Shown here in pieces: positions 23,387-36,989 of a DNA stretch of 64,000 bases. Numbering within the stretch: the stretch's first letter is position 1; each line of letters begins with the position of its first letter. This DNA is from Octopus sinensis. Lineage: Eukaryota. Made by a program: the position numbers and the translations under genes. The notes under the pieces were generated by a model, which made no database searches, was not told where the DNA came from, and saw only the letters and a list, made by a program, of their open reading frames with translations. The DNA lies in NCBI RefSeq assembly GCF_006345805.1, contig NC_043016.1:9548001-9612000 (forward strand). Reading direction: 5' to 3'.

Positions 23387-23547
23387 CACTAGCATAGCGG
23401 GGGTGGAGGGGAGCAGTCTTCCCCGTGCATCACTTTTAAAGGGGAGGTACTTTTAGGTCTGCTGTAGACAATGTGTTTTTTGTGGGATCCATGGGTGACA
23501 AACAGAAGGGCCAGCCCAGGTGGCACACACTCTAGCTACGCTACTGT
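23387..23547. mobile_element. Small TIR-bounded MITE
   Basis: Left cactagcatagc versus right gctacgctactg (reverse complement cagtagcgtagc), enclosing a GC-rich core. Confidence 0.45.
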
Positions 23548-25175
23548 ATAAAGGGTACTTTTTACAAGGCACCAGCACTTTTTATGTGGCACCAACACGC
23601 ATGCACACACCCAGGGCTGGCCATCACTAAGCCCCTGCAGTTGTAGGGGGCCTCCATGGTTGAGGGGAGCATGCCCTTGCTTACCCCCAACCTCAGTTTC
23701 TAGACATGAGTGGTCCTGAGACCAAGGTCTCTGCCATGATTTTTAAGAAATATGGTGGAAAACTATCTCAGGAAGGCAGCGACACTACTCCTTGAGACCC
23801 CTTTCCGAGACTCCCTACCAGAATGGGTTAGATGAATATATTCTTGAGGAACTGTCATATATGACTGTCAGTTCAAACCCACCATACAGTAGACAGAGGA
23901 AATAACACCACCACTTGCAGCTGATGTATTTTATCAGAAGCACAAATGTAAACACACACAAAAGGCAATATGGAGGGCATCTGACCATAGGAAATCTGCC
24001 TCGACAAATACTGTCTGACCCATGCAAGTATGGAAGGAAAAAAGGACATTAATAATGATGATGATGATATAGATATGTCCAATAGACACAGCCACATACA
24101 CAATGGGTTTCTTTCAGTTTCCATCTACCAAATCCACTCACAAGGCTTTGGTTAGCTTTGACCTATAGTAGTAGACACTTGCCCAAGTTGTCATGAATTG
24201 AAACAGGGACCAAGACTGCATGATAAGGGCACAAACATTTCAAACACACAGCCATCCCAGTGTTTTGTGTGTGTATGTGAGTGCACATATATTTTTACAC
24301 ACATTGTAGATACATAACATAAATGTATGTATACAAATATATGGTAACATATGCAAAATTTAGACATAAATATAAACATACACACATGTACACATACAAA
24401 GTTGATCTTTATAATGCCATATGATGTTTTTTTTTCTCTTTCAAATGTCTACTTTTGGTCTTATGTTTAGAAGTGGCAGAAGTCTTGATAGGAAAACTTC
24501 AAAACCTTGAAGAATTTTAATCGGATGAATCAGCCCCAATATTGATTTTTTTTTTAAAGTCTGGTACTTATACTATCAGCTTCTTTCAGTGAACTGCTAA
24601 TTGGCGGGGACATAAACAAACCAACAATGGCTGTCAAGCGGTGGTGGGGACAAACATTGATACAAAAGACACAGATACACACATCGTTGCTATTATGCAA
24701 AAGTATCATAAGTCCAAAATATTGCTCTTTCAGAAAACAAAAAAATAGTTTCACCATTCCATAGCAAAACCATTGTACAACTTTTGACAATTTTTGATAT
24801 CTTGGCATCTGAAGTAGCTGGAGATACGATAGTTTGACCAAAAGAACCAGCAAAAATAAAAATTGGAAAAACTAAATTTGGCCTAATTTGGACATACATA
24901 ATAGCAACGATTTATATACAACAGGCTTCTTTCACTTTCCATCTACCAGAACCATCACGAGGCTTTCGTAGGTCCAAAGCTGCAGTAGAAGACACTTCCC
25001 CAAGGTACCAAACAGTGAGACTGAACCCAGAACCATGTGGTTGGAAGACAAACTTCTTACCACGCAGCCATGCTTGTACCTATATATCAAGATTCAGGGT
25101 CCCTTCAAGACATTCTTCCTGTTCCACAGTACATTTACAGGAACAAAACTGGTGAGTGAAACACTCCCTGCTCCC

Positions 25176-25405
25176 TTAACCTTTTCATTACCAACCTGGC
25201 TGAAACAGGCTCTGGCTCTGTAGTACAAATGTCTTGCTTTCATAAGGTTTTAAATAAAATCTTTCCCCAAACCTTAGTCACAATTCATGTTCCTGACACT
25301 AGCTTTAATGATAACTAAGTTATTTTACTAAATTCTTTGTTATATTTAAAGTAATTGAGAGAAACACAGAGCATCTCAAAATAAATACAGTAACGAAAGG
25401 GTTAA
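25176..25405. mobile_element. TTAA-flanked piggyBac-like MITE, family 1
   Basis: ttaa|ccttttcattacc...taacgaaaggg|ttaa. Same family at 56630-57505 and 57529-57757. Confidence 0.7.
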
Positions 25406-25789
25406 TATTTTCATCCAATGAAATCATTTCCACAAATAAATGCATCCACAAACAAACATTAACAATGTACTTTTAATTCATTTTGTTGGAAAGAAAGTTT
25501 AGATCAAACAATATAATAAAGCAATAAAAAATAACATTAAATTTTTATAACTGAATAAGCTGAAGTAAATGCTGTTGTTTTGTCTTGTGTCTGCCCTGAT
25601 AGAGAAGGTCAAGGGCTGACACAGGGGTATGCACAAGCGCATTAAGTGATATTCCCTAGCCTGATGATTAAACTTTGTGAAGCACTGTTAATGGTGTTGC
25701 TGTGAATGTGATGTTTATTTTTTATTATTTCAGTGATGATATTAATGTGTGAAAGATGACCATGAGACATATGTGGGAGGGGGTAAGGG

Positions 25790-26205
25790 GGGAGAGAGGG
25801 AGGCAGAGAGGGAGGCAGAGAGGGTGGCAGAGAGGGAGGCAGAGAGGGAGGCAGAGAGGGAGGCAGAGAGGGAGGCAGAGAGGGAGGCAGAGAGGGAGGC
25901 AGAGAGGGAGGCAGAGAGGGAGGCAGAGAGGGAGGCAGAGAGGGAGGCAGAGAGGGAGGCAGAGAGGGAGGCAGAGAGGGAGAGTGAAAGGAGACAGGGA
26001 GGGAGAGTGAAAAGAGACAGGGAGGGAGAGTGAAAGGAGACAGGGAGGGAGAGTGAAAGGAGACAGGGAGGGAGAGTGAAAGGAGACAGGGAGGGAGAGT
26101 GAAAGGAGACAGGGAGGGAGAGTGAAAGGAGACAGGGAGGGAGAGTGAAAGGAGACAGGGAGGGAGAGTGAAAGGAGACAGGGAGGGAGAGTGAAAGGAG
26201 ATAGA
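25790..26205. repeat. Polypurine minisatellite: ~15 x 12 bp (agggaggcagag) switching to ~11 x 20 bp (gggagagtgaaaggagacag)
   Basis: Seen directly. Confidence 0.95.
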
Positions 26206-26499
26206 GAAGGAGAGAAAGAGAAAAAGAAAGAGAAACAGAGAGGAGGCAAAAGACAGAAAGTGAGAGAGAGATGTAGAAACATAGACATATAGACAGAATT
26301 GTATGAACATTGACAGAGCATATTATTTTACCTCTATTAGCATTAATTTGAGATTTATCAGTTTCAAATCATTTTTTTTTAAATAACACATTGGCAACAG
26401 GCCTCAACAAATGTTCAACCAATGAAAGTGTGGAAAGGTGAATGTTAAAATAATGATAAATATAATGAATGGAAAAAAAAGGTACTGAAGATTGGGATA

Positions 26500-27004
26500 T
26501 CTATATATATATAAAACTGTAGTTGTGTGAGTGTCTGTCTCCTACGATTTAGATTCCAAACTCCTCCCACATTTTGCGGTGCAGTTTAACCAAAACCGGG
26601 TATCTTATAGTCGTGATTCATATCAAGCCCTTCTGGGTATTAACACGCGTCTACGATGAGTCTACGATTTAAAAAATAATTTACCATCATTTTTTTCCAT
26701 TTTAATGAATTTTTCGCTATTATATAAGGGAAGTAACTCTCTAAAAATGTCTACGATGAGTCTACGATTTTTAAAAAAATTTACCATCATTTTTTTCCAT
26801 TTTAATGCATTTTTTTCGCTATTATATAAGGGAAGTAACTCTCTAAAAATGTCTATGATGAGTCAACGATTTTTAAAAAAATTTACCATAATTTTTTTTT
26901 CCATTTTTAATGCATTTTTTGCTATTTTTTGGCTATAACTCTCTAAAAATGCTTATATAGTTATTTCCCTTACAAACCCGAGCAACGCCGGGCGATACTG
27001 CTAG
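26500..27004 (+). mobile_element. Non-autonomous Helitron-like element
   Basis: A|TC start, CTAG|T end and no TSD. Subterminal hairpin cccg-agcaacgc-cggg. Internal ~80-bp subrepeats. Confidence 0.8.
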
Positions 27005-28745
27005 TAAATATATATATACTTTATTATTAAAGCTGTAAAAAAACATCACAAAAAACTGCTACTCAGAGTTTCACATTCCCATCCGTTGGACAGTTTTGAT
27101 TGAGAATCTCAATCAAAGCTGTCCACAATGAATGGGAACATGAAACTGAGTAGCAGTTATTTTGTGATTTGTTTTTTTTTATTTTTGCAAATAAAGCATA
27201 TTACTCTACCTTCAGTATTCAAGTACTATTTTCCCACCTTGTTTCGCGTGGTGCGTGCGTGAGAGAGAGCGTGAGAGAGAGAGAGAGAGAGAGAGTCATT
27301 ATCATCATGTAATGTCCTCTTTCCATGCTAGTATGGGTTGGATGGTTTGACAGGAGCTGGCCAGGCAGGTGACTACTCCAGACTTCTGTGTCTGTTTTGA
27401 TATGGTTTTTACATCTGGATGTCCTTCCTAACACCAACCACCCAGCAGAATGGACTTAGTGCTTATTATGTGACACAAACACAGGTGAAGTCAGTTTTGG
27501 CAAGGTTTTTACAGCTTGATGCCCTTCCTAATACCAACCACTCTACAGAATGAACTGAGTGCTTTTTATGTGACACCAGCAATGGTGAGGTCAGTTTTGG
27601 CATGGTTTTTACAGCTGGATACCCTTCCAAATGCCAACCACTTTACAGTATGGACTGGATGCTTTTTACGTGGCACCAGCACTGGCAGGGTCATTAAGTA
27701 AACTGCAAGTCAAAAATCTTTTGAGAAAAAAATTCTTTAAAGGAGGTGCAAGGTCACTCACCTGGAAAGAGAGCAAGAGATCAGGAATGAGGACAGAAAC
27801 AGGTGTGCTGCTGTAAAGGTGTACACACACACACACACACACATTAAACAGTATACATATATAAACACTCATGCCCCCATACCATCAGTAATCCTAGGGG
27901 TAAGTGAAGGCATATTGGGTACCTACCCAGGGGACTCAATTCTTATCTATGTTGTGGCCTGCTCTCAAATATATACTGTAAGCCCTAGTGCCTTGATTCG
28001 TGGAGGGGAAGGACTCATGAGTGTAAGGGCCTTATTCTGACCACAACATTATGGTAGTTAACCAATTCCAACCACTGCAACAGATTTAGAAGAACAATGG
28101 AATATGTTTGAAAGTACTTTAACCCAAAGTGCAAGGAGCATAATCAGGCAGAGAAGAGGGACACAACAGGGAAGATATGATTTTATTTGAAGAATTTTAA
28201 TAAATATCAATCAGACCCAGCTTCAGGAGTGTATTAATTTGAATCTCATCATCATCATCATCATTTGACGTCCGCTTTCCATGCTAGCATGGGTTGGACG
28301 GTTCGACCGGGGTCTGGTAAGCCATGGAGGCTGCACCAGGCTCTAGTCTGATTTGGCAGTGTTTCTACAGCTGGATGCCCTTCCTAACGCCAACCACTCC
28401 ATGAGTGTAGTCAGTGCTTTTTACGTGCCACCGGCACAGGTGCGACTGCTTTACCTTTTATAGTTCATTTGGGAGAGAGAGAGAGGGGGAGAGAGAGACA
28501 GACAGATAGACAGACAGACAGAGACAAATAGGCAGGCTAACAGAGAGGTGGGGGGTGGATTCTCCTTAGAAAACTGGAAAATCTAGAACTCTGAGACAAT
28601 TCTTGTCCCATGTTTGCTAGATAATTGGTCTGTCACTGAAACTAAATTACTAATGTATTTATTTTTCTGCTGTTTCAATTCTTATACAAGTATGTGCACC
28701 TGATGATGAGCAGATCACCATCTGAAACAAAGTCATCAGCAATTA

Positions 28746-29123
28746 CTCTTTACTCTTTTACTTGTTTCAGTCATTTGACTGCGGCCATGCCGGAGCACCG
28801 CCTTAAATCGAGCAACTCGACCCCGGGACTTATTCTTTTGTAAGCCCAGTCTCTTTTGCCGAACCGCTAAGAAACGGGGACATAAACACACCAACATCGG
28901 TTGTCAAGCAATGCTAGGGAGACAATCACAGACACGCAAACACACACACGCATATATATATATATATACATATATACGACGGGCTTCTTTCAGTTTCCGT
29001 CTACCAAATCCACTCACAAGGCTTTGGTCGGCCAGAGGCTATAGCAGAAGACACTTGCCCAAGGTGCCACGCAGTGGGACTGAACCCGAAACAAGCTACT
29101 TACCACACAGCCACTCCTGCGCC
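28746..29123 (-). mobile_element. SINE family B, near full length (similar copies 37046-37490, 39431-39808 minus; 55866-56315 plus)
   Basis: Minus-strand head ggcgcaggagtggctgtgtggtaag...ggttcagtcccactgcgtggcaccttgggcaagtgtcttc, internal (TA)/(TG) tract, tail gactgaaacaagtaaaaga. Confidence 0.85.
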
Positions 29124-30099
29124 TAAATCCTAAATGCTTTGAGTAAGACGTGTGATGAGCTGCTCAAACCATAGAGAGAGAGACAACTTCTTCAAAGTCA
29201 GTTTACTCCTCGCCAGTCGCTATGACATGCAGAAACATTCAGTTTTATAAACACAGCATATTTAGAGTCTGTTAACAAGTTCAAACATGCCTTCAATATG
29301 TAAATATGTTTTGGACATACTTATACTGCCAGAAACTGAACTGATTTACATTTAGGGTAGCATTAGGGTGCTGAGGGTCTCGGAGAAAGACACAGAACAT
29401 ATTCATGTCCTAACTACCATCAAAATAACTGACATGTTATTTTAATCCTTTCTAATGCTCTAATGCAAATGCAATCAGCAAATTTCTTTACCTTTAATCA
29501 GGTCATTACCTGTTACCTTAAAACTGTCAAACAAATATATTCTGAGTTTGTTTTTTTTTTGTTTTTTTTTGGGCAGGGGGTGGGATGAGAATTAAGCAAT
29601 TGGATACAGTCATCTATTTAGAAAAATCTGAAATACATTATTCAACCATTTCTAATTAATTACTGACAATTATTTATTAATTTCTACGAGTTTATTTGAT
29701 TTGCCTTTCTCGTTAATTATTGTAGCAAGATTTTGAACATGCAAGTGTGGGCTGTGTAGTACAACCACATGGTTCCAGGTTCAGTCCCACTTGATGGCAT
29801 CTTGGGTAGGTGTCTTATACTATAGCCTCGGGACAACCAAAGCCTTGTGAATATATTTGGTAGATGGAAACTGAAGGAAACCCATTGTATCAGGTCTTTA
29901 AGAATGAAATGTCCGATTTTGAACTGAAAGCTAGTTTGCTTTATCTCTACAAAAAGCAATGCAGTTAAACAAAATATGCACTAAATTATCAACACAATTT
30001 TGCCATTTTATTGGTAGCTTATTTATGCCAGCAGCGAAGAATTCTGGAGAGCAAGTGGTAATGAAATCACAAAAGGCTGTTTTTGCATCATTCGAGTAT

Positions 30100-30638
30100 A
30101 GTCAATACCAGTGCTGCCTAACTGGTTCCCGTGTCAGTGGCATGTAAAAAGCACCATTTGAGCATGGTCAATGCCAGTACTGCCTGACTGGCCCCCATGC
30201 CTGTGGCACATAAGAAGCACCCACTACACTCACTACAAGTGGTTGGCATTAGGAAGGACATCCAGCTGTAGAAACCTTGTCAGAGCAGATTGGAGCCTGG
30301 TACAGAGCAGATTGGAGCCTTCTGGATTGCCAGTCCACAGTCAAACCATGCCAGCATGGAAAGCAGACGTTAAACAATGATGATGATATATATATATATA
30401 TATATAAAGGCGGCGAGCTGGTAGAAACGTTAGCACGCCGGGCGAGATTCGTAGCCGTATTTCGTCTGTCGTTACGTTCCGAGTTCAAATTCCGCCGAGG
30501 TCGACTTTGCCTTTCATCCTTTCGGGGTCGATAAATTAAGTACCAGTTACGCACTGGGGTCGATGTAGTCGACTTAATCCCTTTGTCTGTCCTTGTTTGT
30601 CCCCTCTGTGTTTAGCCCCTTGTGGGTAGTAAAGAAAT
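30100..30638 (+). mobile_element. Family C repeat, then (AT)n, then a full SINE family A copy (30407-30638)
   Basis: The family C (GAT)n tail at ~30380 is followed by ggcggcgagctggtagaaacgttagcacg...gagttcaaattcc...gtaaagaaat. Confidence 0.8.
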
Positions 30639-30862
30639 ATATATATATATATATATATATAAAACAAGCTCCTTTCAGTTGTCCTTTACCAAATCTACTC
30701 AAGACTTTGGTTAACCCAGGGCTACAGAAGAAGACACTTGCCCAAGGTGCTACACAAGGAGTCTGAACCTGAAGCCTGGTGATTGTGAAGCAAGCTTCTT
30801 ACCACACAGCCATACCTGCACCTATATTGTATCATGTGTACATATGTGAGAGTGTGTGTGTG

Positions 30863-30909
<47 letters not shown>

Positions 30910-31578
30910 CAAACATATGTATATAAGGTCATGACTTGCTAAATTTTAATAGGATAATGAACAACCAGTCAAAGTGGCAGTTTGTATCCTGTTACCAGAG
31001 CTATTTTATGCCTATAACCAACTAAATCTCAAAGAACCAGTTCACCTTGCTATAAATAGGTAATGCAAAATTGTAACAACTCACCACAATAAACAACATC
31101 TGTTGCTATGTTGCAGAACCCCAGTTTACTCTGACCAAGAAAACCAATATAATCAAAGACACTCCAGCAATAACCATCCAATCATTTTAAGGTGTCCTAT
31201 TTTTTAGAACAGTAGGGCATGATAGAAGGAAGATTTGACTGCTATTTCTGACTAATCAAGCAACAATATAGAATCTTCCTTGTATCAAAGATTGGTCAGA
31301 TGGTTTTTGTTGTTTAGCTCCAGGTCAGCCCCAATCAAATAGACTTCAGATTACTCTGTCAATTATAATGCTTGTTTATCCATGTTGTTTTGAATTAAAT
31401 CTGCATTATCTCACGGTTTTAATATTTTGATGGTGTGGTTATTTTTAGAATAACATTTTCAGGTACATGTGACAGGCCAAACCTGGCCAGTTTGAACACT
31501 AGACAGGTAGAATATTTTGACCAAATGTGGTAGGTGTGCATGCTAAAGCATTAAGAAGTGTAAGACTACATCATCTAA

Positions 31579-31930
31579 TACAGTTCTATATTTAAGAGAT
31601 GAGGAATTACGTACATTATTTACATTATTTACATTTGACGGATATTTGTCCTCATCTTGTTTGTTTTTAACACTTTTCGGCTGATATACCCTACAGCCTA
31701 CATCAGGTGTCTTGGGGAAATTTCGAACCTAGGTTTTCATTTCTAAATTATTTTTCGATGTTATTATTATTATTACTGTCTGGAATCGAACTCAGAATCT
31801 TGGGGTAAGTAGCCCGTGCTCTTAACCACTATGCCATATGCCCGTGGGCGTATGGCAAGATCGATTCCAGGCAATAACCTGAATAATAATAACAACAACA
31901 TCAAAAAATACCTTAGGAATGATAACCCAA
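31579..31930 (-). mobile_element. tRNA-headed SINE with hammerhead-like tail, fused head-to-head to a deleted inverted copy (31846-31930)
   Basis: Minus: gggcatatggcatagtggttaagagcacgggct...gagttcgattcc (A/B boxes), then (aat)n, then gacac-CTGATGt-aggctg-N10-cagcc-GAAA-agtgtt. Confidence 0.65.
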
Positions 31931-33066
31931 AAGACAAATGTAATGCTTATTTATTCCCAGTGTCTGGAATTAATCATGCATTATCTCAAAGCTATGAGAT
32001 TGCAATGATGTAATTATTTATGTTTAGAATAACATTGAAGGATAGGTGTTTGAACATAGAGCAAGGTAGAATATTTGGGCCCGATATGGCCAGTTTAAAT
32101 GTTAAAAGGTTAAGACATCATGGAGTAATTTAAGAGAGATTCAGTTGTTTGTGGCATTATTAAGGTTTGCTCATTGGCTGATAATTATCTCTTATTATAA
32201 ATCAGGGATATTTGAGTCTGATGATATGACTCAATAGGATAAGGCATTTAGTTGAATTTTCTTTTTTAACATAGCTAGAGAAATTTCATACTATGCCAAT
32301 AATTGGATATTAGCTCTGACCTTCTAATAAGAATGAAAGTCCAATGCGTCATGCACACACAGTAATGATGACAGCAGTTTCTTCATGTCCAAAGATCATG
32401 AGAAAGAGCAAGACATCTTCAAGTGACCTTGTAAACTGATCCTTGACGGTTGTCTCTGCCTGCACTTAGCAGTTTTGAAGTCAGTCAGTCAGTCTGCACC
32501 ATCTAATCTCACTCTTTAGACCTGGAGGTCTGACCACATTGGTTCAGAGGTTCAACACGGCTGTGGTGACCAGCATTGGAGGGGCCTTTGCCAAGGTAAA
32601 TTAACTTATTGGCGAGCTGGCAGAATGCTTAGTGGTATTTCATCAGAACGTAAAGACAGATGAAATACCACTAAGCATTTTGCCCTGCTGTAGAAACCTT
32701 GCCAGATGATATTGGAGCCTGGTGCAGCCTCCTCGTTTGCCAGTCCTCAGTCAAACCATCCAACCCATGCCAGCATGGAAAGCAGACATTAAATGATGAT
32801 GATAATATAGATATGAAGGGCTTCTTTCAGTTTCCATAAACAAAATTTGGTAGGCCCAAGGCTATATTAGAAGACACTTGCCCAGAGTGTCACACAATGG
32901 GACTGAACCCAGAACCACATGGTTGGGAAGCAAGCTTCTAACCACACAGCCATACCTGTATATATATATATTTATTATGTATAGACCAAGCTGATACACT
33001 GTGACATTTGAAAATGGTGCTATAAGACTAACACAAGAAATGAAAATCTTAGAAAGACAATGTTAC

Positions 33067-33211
33067 CTTTGGGGTGGACTCTGTAAGCAATCCTTAAAGC
33101 TGCTGGATGTGTATGAATTCCATCACTTATTAGTCCATAGTATATGGTACGGTTATCTGGAATTTTCTCACTCGTCAATAGTCCTACCAAATGGGGATCA
33201 CGGTGATGGAA
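33067..33211 (-). CDS. AMDHD2: N-acetylglucosamine-6-phosphate deacetylase exon (145 nt)
   Basis: ttgcag / gtaaca. Reads [48 protein letters not shown](G). Confidence 0.97.
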
Positions 33212-33383
33212 CTGCAATATACCAAACAAGAGAGAATGAGTAAGGCTTTTTTAGTATCACAAGGAGACGGTCATTAGTGAATGAAATGAGCAAAATATTA
33301 GGATTGTTAAATGTATTACATCATAGAACAGCACTTGAAAAATTTAGGGACCGAATAGATTATTTGTATATATAAAAGGCAGG

Positions 33384-33434
<51 letters not shown>

Positions 33435-33799
33435 TGAATGTAATTTATGCATGTCCATAAATTAGCTCACATGTCGCTCCAATTTTAGGAGGACATTCGT
33501 TATGACCCTAGCTGTATTTTCGTCAACTTATTTTTCCCAGAGGCACCAACGAATAGCAGTAAAAATTAATTTTCAACCAAAACTTAACAATTTTGAGTAG
33601 GAGAAATCACCATTGTTTGCAAACGGGAATTAAGTCCCTTTCTGGCAACGAGTAAGTTTTTCTTAAGCCTTTTGTTGTCTTTTTTCCATCAAGGAAAAAA
33701 GTGTTTTGTTGATATACAGACAACACACACAAACATGTATTTATACAAAAAATATGTATGCAATAGGTGTACATACGTTCATATGTGTATGTGTGTTGC

Positions 33800-33847
<48 letters not shown>

Positions 33848-34973
33848 ATTTCAACAGATTTCACCCAAATTTGACATCGATGTTACTTAGTTTGGTTTGA
33901 AATAAAGAACTTGATTAGCTTAATAATCATAACTTAATCCCAGGCAAAGTCCAGTTAGACTGCTAGTAACAGATTATAACACCAGGATTTTTTTTTACCT
34001 TTATACAAAGAACAAGAGTTGCAGACTTGCTTTTTTATTTTTACTCTTCAAGTCCTGGGTTAACTCTGATCAAGCAGAAATGGTCAAAAGCTTATTGCTT
34101 TTGTAGCCCTTTTCACTGCCATGGTCGCCATCCACCTCCTTTCTTGCCATCCACCTCCCTCCCTGCCACCCGATTCCCTCCTTGTTCGTCACCTCCCTTT
34201 CTACTGTCCACCATCTCACTCCCACCTTATCTGCCATCCACCTCCCCTCCCTGCTGTTCACCATCCTCCTCCCTGTCATAGCCATCTACCTCCCAACTGT
34301 TGTCATCGTTATTGCCACTGATTGGTGTTATGACAGTTTTATGTCTGTTTTCCATCATGGCATGATATTGGAGAGGACAATATCGCTTCCCACTCTTTTT
34401 TTAAAAATGATATTATAGCACCATATATATTCTGATATAAGAATAGGTACAACATATCTGTGCTGAATATGAGGTGATTAAAAAAAAAAATGAAGGGCAG
34501 CATTTTGCCATAAAACAATTCACAACTATGAAGTTTCAAGTTTGATCCCACAGATTGAAGCTTTGGACAAGTGTCTTCCACTGAAGCCTCGTTGACCAAT
34601 GTCCTGCAAATAAAATTTCGTTGACAGAAAATATACAAAATCTCATCAAATGTATATGTGTGTGTGTGCATATTCACACTGTCACTGCTTGGACACTGGT
34701 GACATTTGTTTATACCTTGAATAAACAATAGATCCAATAGCTTGCAGTTCAAAAGACCTGAAGAATAAAGTAGCTTATTTGTAAAAGCAAATGTTGGTGA
34801 CAGGGAGAGCATCCAGCCACAGAATACTGCCTCAAGAAGACTTGTCCAGTCTTTGCTAACATAGACAAACCACATGTAAAAATTATACTATAAACATGAT
34901 AAATATTGAATTCAAACTTTGGCACAAGGCCAGCAATTTAGAGAGTGGGTAAGTCAATTACATCAACCCCATT

Positions 34974-35200
34974 TAGTCTAATAATGGGGGCATACAAGCC
35001 CTTGACAGAAAAAAGTAGGCTTTCCTGTACACATGGGATATGAATCCACATCCCTTTGTTCCCACACATACAGGAAAGCCTACTTTTTTCTGTTGAGGGC
35101 TTACTTGTTCCATTATTAGAGTATTTTCCTTAGTCATTTGCTTGGTGATTGCTATAAGCTTTAAACTTATAAAAAAATACCATTATTATTATTTACAGAA
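34974..35200. mobile_element. Palindromic (foldback) SINE family D derivative, one arm truncated
   Basis: Reverse-oriented copy of 37552-37855 with the same arm-specific variants. Confidence 0.75.
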
Positions 35201-36777
35201 TTATTGTAGTGGTGATAATAACAGTAGTTATGTTTAAGTGACTGTTATCTTTGCATAGCTTCAGGATCTATGGCACTATAGCAGGAATATAGCTAAGTTA
35301 TCAAAAGGATGAAAGGTAAAGTCAACCTCAATGGAATTTGAACTCTGAATGTAAAGACAGACAAAATGCTAATGGTTCTGTCAGCTCACTGTCTTAAATA
35401 AACGACATTAATGTTAATTTCTCTTAGCGGTACAGAATCCCAAATTTGATTGAATTTAGTCCAGTATATTACTGGGAGCTGGCAGAAACGTTAGCACGCT
35501 GGGCGAAATGTTTAGCGGTATTTTATCTGCCGTTACGTTCTGAGTTCAAATTCCACCGAGGTCAACTTTACCTTTCATCCTTTTGGGGTCGATATATTAA
35601 ATACCAGTTATGCACTGGGGTCGATGTAATCAACTTAATCCCTTTGTCTGTCTGTCTTTGTCCCCTCTGTGTTTAGCCCCTTGTGGGCAATAAAGAAATA
35701 TGAGAGATGAAAGACAAAAATTATCAGAAAAAATTGTACAGAAGCCCATAAGATGATTGTACATTTTCTTAGATACCAGGCTTAATCTGCCATCCAGTTA
35801 AACACCAGCCCCTGGTCTGAAGTCATCATCATCATCATTGCTTAACGTCTACTTTCCATACTAGCATGGGTTGGATGGTTTGACATGGAGCTGGCTAGCA
35901 AAGAGCTGTCCAGACTCCAACTGTCTGTTGTGGTATGGTTTCTATGGCTTGATGCTTTTCCTAACACCAACCACTTTACAGGGTGTGCCAGATGCTTTTT
36001 ACATATTACCAGCACAGGTGTGTTTACACAGCTGTGTTAATACAGCACTAGCAACAATGCTTTTTATGTGGCACCAGCAAAGACAAGCCTCTGTTTGTGG
36101 AAGACTGATTTTACTTAGCTTGGTAAAAAAAAAAATCCATTTTGCTGCAAGATTCTTGTGCTCTCTCCCACTGATCTCAGAGACTCTGAAAACAAGGTCA
36201 TCAGTGCTACTATTCTTCCCATAAGTCTTGGAGATGAAGAGAAGGATCATGGGTACAGCACTTCCTTCCACTAATGTTGGAAGGTTCTAAAATGGGTCAT
36301 AAAGATTCTTCTGCTTACCAATCTTGAAAGCCCTGAATGGAGTTATGGGTACTGCCCTTTCTCCTACAAGTGACCCATAAAAAAAAAATTATGCATATTT
36401 GCCTTCAACACAATACAAAGAATGATATAGAAGCTCCCTGTAAAGTTGGACAAAGACGAGATAATAATACGAATACTAGTGATATAATTTTTTTTGGTTA
36501 ACTTAGCTATATTCCTGCTATAGTGCCATAGATCCTGAAGCTATGGAAATTTTACCGAACATCAGACGTCTGTGGCATGGATGGATTTCTACTTGAGATA
36601 CATCAAGAATGTTAATAAACTTTGAAAGACTAAAGGAAGATGTGATAAATAATTGATATAAACATGTTTATATGATATATCTAAAACAACTAAATCCATG
36701 ACAACAAAGGTAACAGTCACTTAAACAGTAACTACCATTATTACCACCACCACCACCACCACCACCACTACAATAAT

Positions 36778-36989
36778 AATTCTGTAAATAATAATAATAA
36801 TGGTATTTTTTTATAAGTTTAAAGCTTATAGCAATCACCGTGCAAATGACTAAGGAAAATAGTCTAATAATGGGGCATATAAGCCCCTCAACACAAAAAA
36901 AGGAGGCTTTCCTGTACACGTGGGAATCGAACCCACATCCCTTTGTTAACACAATTAAGTGTGCTACTGATTACACCAGTGAACCAGCC
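36778..36989 (-). mobile_element. tRNA-derived SINE family D, single full copy
   Basis: Minus: ggctggttcactggtgtaatcagtagcacac...gggatgtgggttcgattcccacgtg (A/B boxes), tail (att)n tacagaatt. Confidence 0.75.

Noticed and set aside
25642-26321. Pro/Ser/Leu and Glu/Arg/Ala repeat ORFs
   Set aside because: Purine minisatellite artefacts.
28690-28742. CTGATGA...GAAACAAAGTC hammerhead-like string
   Set aside because: Stem I and stem II do not pair convincingly.
36900-36989. Possible tRNA genes at SINE heads (also 22797, 30407, 31780-31843)
   Set aside because: A and B boxes are present, but the acceptor and anticodon stems are incomplete and each continues into a repeat body. They are tRNA-derived SINE heads.
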